Both the position numbers and the translations under genes were made by a program. Positions 58,115-64,000 of a DNA stretch of 64,000 bases are shown in pieces. Under the pieces are notes generated by a model that worked only from the letters and a program-made list of their open reading frames with translations, ran no database searches and was not told the DNA's origin. Source of the DNA: Parcubacteria group bacterium (GTDB lineage Bacteria > Patescibacteriota > Minisyncoccia > Moranbacterales > GCA-2747515); the NCBI GenBank assembly GCA_041660065.1, contig JBAZXC010000001.1:328535-392534 (forward strand), read 5' to 3'. The first letter of the stretch is position 1. Every line of letters starts with the position of its first letter.

Positions 58115-59170
58115 TTATCGATCATACAATTGACGCAGAACACGAAAGATACCGGATGCCATAAATCCTGCAGCTGATACATCATGCACACCACCATTTG
58201 TACGATGCATCTTTCCGCGAAAGATCGTATTTGTAAAACAGATCTTGGCAAATGGCTCACCATCAAACAATTTTTCTATCCACTGATTACTACATACCGG
58301 ATGCGTCACGAACAACATGATCATGGCGGAGCCCCACTGCAATAAATTTTTTGCTTGTTTATTGGCCGTAGTACCGGTTGTCACCTCATCATCGATCATG
58401 ATCATGATCGCATCTTTGATCCTTTCAGGTATTGCATAATACAAACGGTCATAACCATGTTTTGCAATGATCTGATCAATTTTTTCCTGAGCTGCTTCCA
58501 CGATCGCTACTTCATTGTTGTGACCACGATCCTTGATCTTGAACAAGACATCCACATCAAGAAGTCGTGCAAAAGCTATCGCTCGTGCAATCGCTCCTTC
58601 ATCCGGGGCAAAAACAAATGCTTTTTTATCTTCTCCTTTTTCCGGAAGAAAATCCTTGCACACACTTGCGAACGCTTCAGTATAATCAACTTCGCGAAAC
58701 ACAATGCCCACATCCTCACAATTTTTTCGTGTTTGATCAGAGTGGGGTGTGGCTACGATCAAATGGTCTACGCCATTTGCTTTCATCATCTCCATCAACC
58801 ACCTGTTCCGATGGATCTCATGAATTTTCTCCGGATGATCTTGACGGCGATAGTGCAAGAACGATGTCGCGATAATGATATGCTTTGCACCATAATGATA
58901 TTTTGCCGCCCAGCACAGTTGCAAAAGACGCATTGTTGTCTCAAAAGATTTGAGGCATTCATAGAAAACAATTGTTTTTCCACGGAGTTCGTCAAACTCA
59001 GGAAAAAAGTCTTTGATCTCACCATCATCGAAATATCCATATCTGATATGTCCTTTTTGCGGATCCTCCCGCAAATATTCACGCAATTTGAGACATATAC
59101 CCTCTACCAACGGATCATTATCCAACCCTGTAAAAATGATCACATCTCCCCAACGCTTACCTTGCTTCAT
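58115..59170 (-). CDS. prs: Divergent ribose-phosphate pyrophosphokinase family protein
   Basis: FDDGE, YRRQD, APDEGA, IDDEVTTGTT, THPV, TNTI. Confidence 0.8.
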   Translation of the reverse strand: MKQGKRWGDVIIFTGLDNDPLVEGICLKLREYLREDPQKGHIRYGYFDDGEIKDFFPEFDELRGKTIVFYECLKSFETTMRLLQLCWAAKYHYGAKHIIIATSFLHYRRQDHPEKIHEIHRNRWLMEMMKANGVDHLIVATPHSDQTRKNCEDVGIVFREVDYTEAFASVCKDFLPEKGEDKKAFVFAPDEGAIARAIAFARLLDVDVLFKIKDRGHNNEVAIVEAAQEKIDQIIAKHGYDRLYYAIPERIKDAIMIMIDDEVTTGTTANKQAKNLLQWGSAMIMLFVTHPVCSNQWIEKLFDGEPFAKICFTNTIFRGKMHRTNGGVHDVSAAGFMASGIFRVLRQLYDR

Positions 59171-59333
59171 GCCACACCTCCTTAGGTACTTTATTTTTAG
59201 AATACGCTTTATTGTGTAAATGAACTATCTGTCCTGTCATCGTTTCATGATGCAGAAATAATGTCAAGATTCCTCCACAAAAAAAATAAAAACCCGATCT
59301 CATTTCTGAAACCGGGTGATAAAAGGAACTCCA

Positions 59334-60959
59334 TTAGAGACAAATCTGATCTTTGCCTTTGTCTTTTGCCTCATACATCAATTTGTCTGCGCGTTTCCTA
59401 AAAGCATCTTCATTCTCATTTGTTTTTGGATCATATTGCACTACACCACAGCTAAGCGTGATTTGCTCATCGCTGATACCTTCAATTTTTTTAGCCTTCA
59501 AGGCTGTAGCGATATGACAAGTAGCAACATATGCCTCGTCCTTTGTTGTTGCCGGGAAGATAATAAAAAATTCCTCTCCGCCAATCCGGCACGGAATATC
59601 ATTTGAACGGATATTCTCTTTTGTCACACTGGCAATCGCTTGCAACACACAATCACCTACACCATGACCATGATGATCGTTGATGATTTTGAAATCATCA
59701 ACGTCAAACATAACTGCAGAAAATGGAAGTCCATAGCGCTGAGAAAAATCAATTGCCTGCCTCAGTTCAAACTCAAAGTGACGACGATTGTACAGTTCCG
59801 TCAAAGGGTCTGTTGTGCTTAACCTGAGCAATTCTTCACGACTTTTTTTTAATGCCTTAATCATAGCATTCTGATTTGTGTTGTCCCGCAAAATCCCGAC
59901 GGATCCCCGTTTATCACCAATTGTCATCGGTGAAAGTGCCAATTGCACATCAACAGTGCTACCGTCTTCACGCAAGATCTTTTGATCAGTGATCCTGCCG
60001 ACAGCCGGTCCTTCGCCGGTACTAAGAAAACGTTCAATACCGGCAAGACACTGTGATCGACACGCCTCAGGAGCGAGAAGCTCGTGCAACGGTTGCCTGA
60101 TTGCTTGTTCTTTCGTATAACCAGTCAGACGTTCTGCAGCAGGATTGAAAAATGAGATGTTCTTGTCCGGATCCATCACAACGATCGCATCAAGTGCTGA
60201 TTGGGTAATGGCTCGCAAAAGTTCCTCACTTTTTTGCAAAGCCACCTGAGCAGATTTCAGTTCTGTGAGATCGACATCCACACACACCAACTCCAATTCT
60301 CCTTCATAATTTTCAAACAGCCAATGACTGGAGAAAACATTGACGAATGTGCCATCACTGCGCATGAGTTGTAATTCACTGGACGGGATCGGTATCCGCG
60401 TCTTCGCCATATCCTGTACGCACTGCCACACACCATCACGCATATCTGGTGGAATGATCAGATCCAACAAATTCTTCCCACAAACTTGTTCTCTTGTAAA
60501 TCCATAGAGCTTTAGGGCAGCCCCATTGAAATCGATCACTGTGCCATCCATTTTATAGATTTGAATGGCCATACAATCAATGTTCATAAGAAGCGTACGA
60601 TACCGCTCTTCACATCTTTTGAAACGTGTAATGTCTTCCGATACGATCACCGCACCCCATGGGAAAGCATTGATTGTGATATTCAAGATCTTGCCGTTGT
60701 ATGGACACTCGGGAAAATTTTTTAATCCACCTTCTGTGATATATTTCATCAATTCCGCACGCATGTCTGCAACAGTATGATTGGCCGCATAATCGATATA
60801 CATACGCATGCCTACTTCTGCAATGCGATCACTCGACCTTTGCTTGGCATCATTGACTGCGATAATTCTGCCTTCACGATCCACAATGATCATCTGAGCA
60901 GATGTATACCTAAATACATCCTCAAAAAAATCCGGGCTAAAAATTTTTTGTTTTTCCAT
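59334..60959 (-). CDS. PAS-PAS-PAS-GGDEF diguanylate cyclase
   Basis: PAS repeats; TDPLTELYNRR, DVDDFKIIND..GH..GD, RSND I-site, RIGGEEF. Confidence 0.93.
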   Translation of the reverse strand: MEKQKIFSPDFFEDVFRYTSAQMIIVDREGRIIAVNDAKQRSSDRIAEVGMRMYIDYAANHTVADMRAELMKYITEGGLKNFPECPYNGKILNITINAFPWGAVIVSEDITRFKRCEERYRTLLMNIDCMAIQIYKMDGTVIDFNGAALKLYGFTREQVCGKNLLDLIIPPDMRDGVWQCVQDMAKTRIPIPSSELQLMRSDGTFVNVFSSHWLFENYEGELELVCVDVDLTELKSAQVALQKSEELLRAITQSALDAIVVMDPDKNISFFNPAAERLTGYTKEQAIRQPLHELLAPEACRSQCLAGIERFLSTGEGPAVGRITDQKILREDGSTVDVQLALSPMTIGDKRGSVGILRDNTNQNAMIKALKKSREELLRLSTTDPLTELYNRRHFEFELRQAIDFSQRYGLPFSAVMFDVDDFKIINDHHGHGVGDCVLQAIASVTKENIRSNDIPCRIGGEEFFIIFPATTKDEAYVATCHIATALKAKKIEGISDEQITLSCGVVQYDPKTNENEDAFRKRADKLMYEAKDKGKDQICL

Positions 60960-61117
60960 TGCTTCGAACCTCCCTTTTCCTTTTTATAAAGGCAATAAAT
61001 CGATTTTTTGATTATTCAATTTTTAATTTACAGCAATCAAAAATTATACTCTTTTTTGCAGTTTTGTCAAACCTGTGTCCAAATATATGGTCCAGATACC
61101 ATTGTGTCTTAAAAAAA

Positions 61118-61158
61118 TAAAAGCGACCTATTTCTCATTGAGAAATAGGTCGCTTTTT
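61118..61158. terminator. Long perfect hairpin terminator
   Basis: AAAAGCGACCTATTTCTCA-T-TGAGAAATAGGTCGCTTTT. Confidence 0.75.
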
Positions 61159-61180
61159 AAATTAATTGATCGATCGAATC

Positions 61181-62398
61181 TTACCATCTACCGGAAGATC
61201 CTCCGCCTCCAAATCTTCCGCCTCGGTCTGAAGATCCTATCCTGATATTACCCAGACCTCCCGTGCGTCCTGCAATGATCAAAAAAATAAGCAGTGGAGC
61301 GATAGATGCACATGCTAGAAAAATCCCAATCGGCCGCCTCAAATCTCGTACCAATAAGGCCACCATGCCAAAAATTCCCAAAAATGCAAGAAGTCCATAA
61401 AGCACCGAGCGATATTCATGCTCCGTAAAGATCATCCTCACGAAATCGATTCCCAGCATCACAGCTTTGAACTCAAACATTGCGGGAGGAAGATCACGTT
61501 CCGTCGGCAATCTGGGACTACCAGAAACAACTGGCAATGATGCATAGTCAGACACTTCCCCGGCATTGTGTATCGGTTTTCCATAAAAATCAGATTGTAC
61601 CCTCTGCACTTTCCCGATCATAAAATGAAGGGAGGGATTGGAAAGTAACAGCCAGCGAAATTCTTTCCATCGCTGACTCCTTTCCGAAAATAAATATCCA
61701 CCAATAAAACGATAATATTCCGTCTTTCCTATGCGATCTTTTTTGAGCAATTCACCAACTCCCAGCTTATAGTCGACATCCTCCTTCAAGTCAGGATATA
61801 TGTCACCCAAAGCAAACCGCTGCGCATGGCTGTAATAATCCCACTCATAATAGGATCCGCCATCTTTATCATCTCGATAATGATAGGTATAACGTTCTAC
61901 GATCACACGTTTGACGCTGGCCGTGTCCGTCACATACATGTCACCTTCCAACCATACATGTGTAAACATGATCGTACACATCCAGCCACCCAATAGCAGT
62001 CCGCAGATCGCAGGAATCATTGTCCGACGCTCTTCCCAAAAATTCAGCATCAACTCATCCAGTGTGTAACTAAACCAGCCGATGATCATTCCACCAATCA
62101 CAGCAATCGTCATCGAAATCCAATTGAAACCAAACTCCCATCCAAACGCACCAACAAAAAACACGGGAAACACGATGATCCCAACGATCGAACACCGCCG
62201 TTCATCGGTTCTACCATCCTCTCGGACAATGTGCTTGTTCATAAGAAAAATGCACCAACTCATCATCCCGATAAAAGGTCCAATGAAAAGAAGGCTCTTA
62301 AACACATGCGACTCGACCGACGTGATTTGCGGCGAATCACAGCCACTTAAAAATATCATCATCACAACTGCAACCGATACATTGATATATCTCCTCAT
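61181..62398 (-). CDS. Membrane protein with a TPM-family-like Gly-rich tail
   Basis: Lipoprotein-like LSGC, several TMs, C-terminal GGRFGGGGSSGRW. Confidence 0.65.
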   Translation of the reverse strand: MRRYINVSVAVVMMIFLSGCDSPQITSVESHVFKSLLFIGPFIGMMSWCIFLMNKHIVREDGRTDERRCSIVGIIVFPVFFVGAFGWEFGFNWISMTIAVIGGMIIGWFSYTLDELMLNFWEERRTMIPAICGLLLGGWMCTIMFTHVWLEGDMYVTDTASVKRVIVERYTYHYRDDKDGGSYYEWDYYSHAQRFALGDIYPDLKEDVDYKLGVGELLKKDRIGKTEYYRFIGGYLFSERSQRWKEFRWLLLSNPSLHFMIGKVQRVQSDFYGKPIHNAGEVSDYASLPVVSGSPRLPTERDLPPAMFEFKAVMLGIDFVRMIFTEHEYRSVLYGLLAFLGIFGMVALLVRDLRRPIGIFLACASIAPLLIFLIIAGRTGGLGNIRIGSSDRGGRFGGGGSSGRW

Positions 62399-62641
62399 GA
62401 CTCTTTCCTCCCTGAAATGGATCTCGATTCTCTTAGATAACGATAAATTCGATCTTTTTTATTATTTACTTGTTAAAAAAAACAACCTATATTTATAACA
62501 TACTATCAAATCATTGTCAATATCACTCGAATGGATCGAGATTTATTCTTCCCAATAAAAAAAGCTACCTAAGCCTTTTTTGTATATCTCGCCATTTTTT
62601 CATTCTTAAAGATAAACCTGATAATCCAAATGTATGGCAAA

Positions 62642-63490
62642 TCATCCAAATATTTTTTTTATAAAAGATTTCACGTATTTTCTTAGACCTCCCTTGCTTT
62701 TTTGACTCATTAATTCTTTCAATTGCGGGAGGATCATCTCCGTCGCATCTTCTCCTGCCACAATCAACTTTTCCCCATCCAAAAGCTGTGCCCACCGTGC
62801 ATCGCCAACGTGAGGATTGATAACTACGTCAGCATTTTTGACGTTTTGACGAGCAAGATTGTTTTGTAAAAGATCGATAGAGTTTTCAGCAATTTTATAA
62901 AAACCAAATTTATCGTCCTTGGTATTTTCACTGGCAAAGAAACCCGCATTCAAATTAACCGCTATGATCAATTCTGCTCCCATGTTTTTCAAAACATCCA
63001 CGGGAACAGGTTGGGATAGCCCTCCGTCAGCTAACACTTTTCCCTCCCAATGCACAGGATTAAAAACCAATGGCAATGAGATGCTCGCCCTGATCGCAGA
63101 AGAAACCTTGCCCTTCGTTATCACAACCGCATCCCCACTCTTAAAATTAGTCGCCACCACGGAAAGAGGTATCTTTAAATCATCAAAATGTACCTTGTCT
63201 ATGTTTTTTTCGATAAAATTTACCACCTTTTCGCCACCAAGCAACCCTTGGCTAAAAGACGGGTCCAGTAGTGAAAAAATCAACGTGCGATCAATCCCGA
63301 GAGCTATCTTTTCAATTTGTTTTATATCTTTCTTGTAAGCATAAAATCCACCGATCATTGCACCGATGCTTGTCCCGGCAATATAATCGATCGGAATGTT
63401 ATTTTCTTCCAGAACTTTGATCACACCAATATGCGCCAAGCCCCTAGGACCACCAGCACCCAAAGCCAAACCAATTTTAGGTCGTTTCAT
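62642..63490 (-). CDS. Patatin-like phospholipase (RssA-like)
   Basis: GAGGPRGLAHIG, GTSIG, DGG. Confidence 0.93.
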   Translation of the reverse strand: MKRPKIGLALGAGGPRGLAHIGVIKVLEENNIPIDYIAGTSIGAMIGGFYAYKKDIKQIEKIALGIDRTLIFSLLDPSFSQGLLGGEKVVNFIEKNIDKVHFDDLKIPLSVVATNFKSGDAVVITKGKVSSAIRASISLPLVFNPVHWEGKVLADGGLSQPVPVDVLKNMGAELIIAVNLNAGFFASENTKDDKFGFYKIAENSIDLLQNNLARQNVKNADVVINPHVGDARWAQLLDGEKLIVAGEDATEMILPQLKELMSQKSKGGLRKYVKSFIKKIFG

Positions 63491-63557
63491 TTTTATTCGA
63501 AAAAATAAATTTATATCACTATTGTATCATGATTCCACGTTCTCATCTTGTGCATTT

Positions 63558-64000
63558 CTATGAAATGATAATATCAAAACCGGCCAACAGGGACATGACC
63601 TCCGGCGATGAAAATTTTGCTTTTGCAATTTTATTGGCAGTCGGATCTATATAATAGTTTACCGCTCCAACAAAATTTGCCTTGCTCAAATTAGCATTGT
63701 GGAATTTACTGCCTTTCAGATCAGAGTTTGCAAAATCAGATCCGGTGAGATCACTATCCACAAAATCAGTTTCATGGATCTCACATCCGACAAATGCAGA
63801 ATTTTTGATATCCAACATGCTAAAACTGCACAATTTTACCGCACAGTCATGAAATTTCCACGAAAGCAGAAACTTATTTATTTCACCAAAGACCACACCG
63901 CTTATTTTACATTCCGTGAATACAACATCGCAAAAACTGCAATTGACAATCTTTGAATTTGAGAAATTGCACCCATCAAAGACGCATTCGATAAATTTGG
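63558..64000 (-). CDS. Pentapeptide repeat protein (Qnr/MfpA-like); 5' end outside the window
   Basis: Frame open to the window edge: KFIECVFDGCNFSNS...TDFVDSDLTGSDFANSDLKGSKFHNANLSKANF. Confidence 0.85.
   Translation of the reverse strand, partial: KFIECVFDGCNFSNSKIVNCSFCDVVFTECKISGVVFGEINKFLLSWKFHDCAVKLCSFSMLDIKNSAFVGCEIHETDFVDSDLTGSDFANSDLKGSKFHNANLSKANFVGAVNYYIDPTANKIAKAKFSSPEVMSLLAGFDIIIS

Noticed and set aside
57840-61180. c-di-GMP riboswitch near the GGDEF or 3D genes
   Set aside because: No GEMM-type consensus is recognisable in the intergenic regions
1-64000. Alternative genetic code (TGA as Gly) or a prophage
   Set aside because: Core genes are intact under code 11 and several end in TGA; no structural, terminase or integrase genes are seen

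Overview
Bacterial chromosomal window (genetic code 11). Gene content, divergence and the general lack of Shine-Dalgarno sites on core genes suggest a Patescibacteria/CPR (Parcubacteria-like) genome; this is inference, not a database assignment. The core backbone is mostly on the minus strand: lepA, tyrS, lysS, greA, hpf, murB-murC-murG-ftsW, trmD, rplL-rplJ, rpsP, priA, rlmN, rplA-rplK-nusG-secE. Accessory blocks are interleaved. (1) At 2.6-7.8 kb, an integron-like array with no integrase in view: three copies of a promoter-plus-hairpin platform, attC-like sites, a duplicated ORF-less 74-bp mini-cassette and a three-gene cassette bounded by 44-bp inverted repeats. (2) At 40.8-45.6 kb, four tandem paralogues of an unrecognised ~255-aa family directly upstream of an orphan multi-TM sensor histidine kinase, the best candidate for an undescribed signalling system. 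(3) A SpeD-SpeE fusion, a second SpeE and an ABC exporter. (4) An Lcl(DUF1566)x2-M23 chimera, a porin-like beta-barrel candidate and a PAS-GGDEF protein. There are also many small palindromic or mobile elements: a MITE with TTA duplication, a TIR-flanked GIY-YIG gene inside rplK-rplA, a repeat inserted in frame in lepA, and direct-repeat-flanked gene modules. No rRNA, tRNA or CRISPR array was seen.
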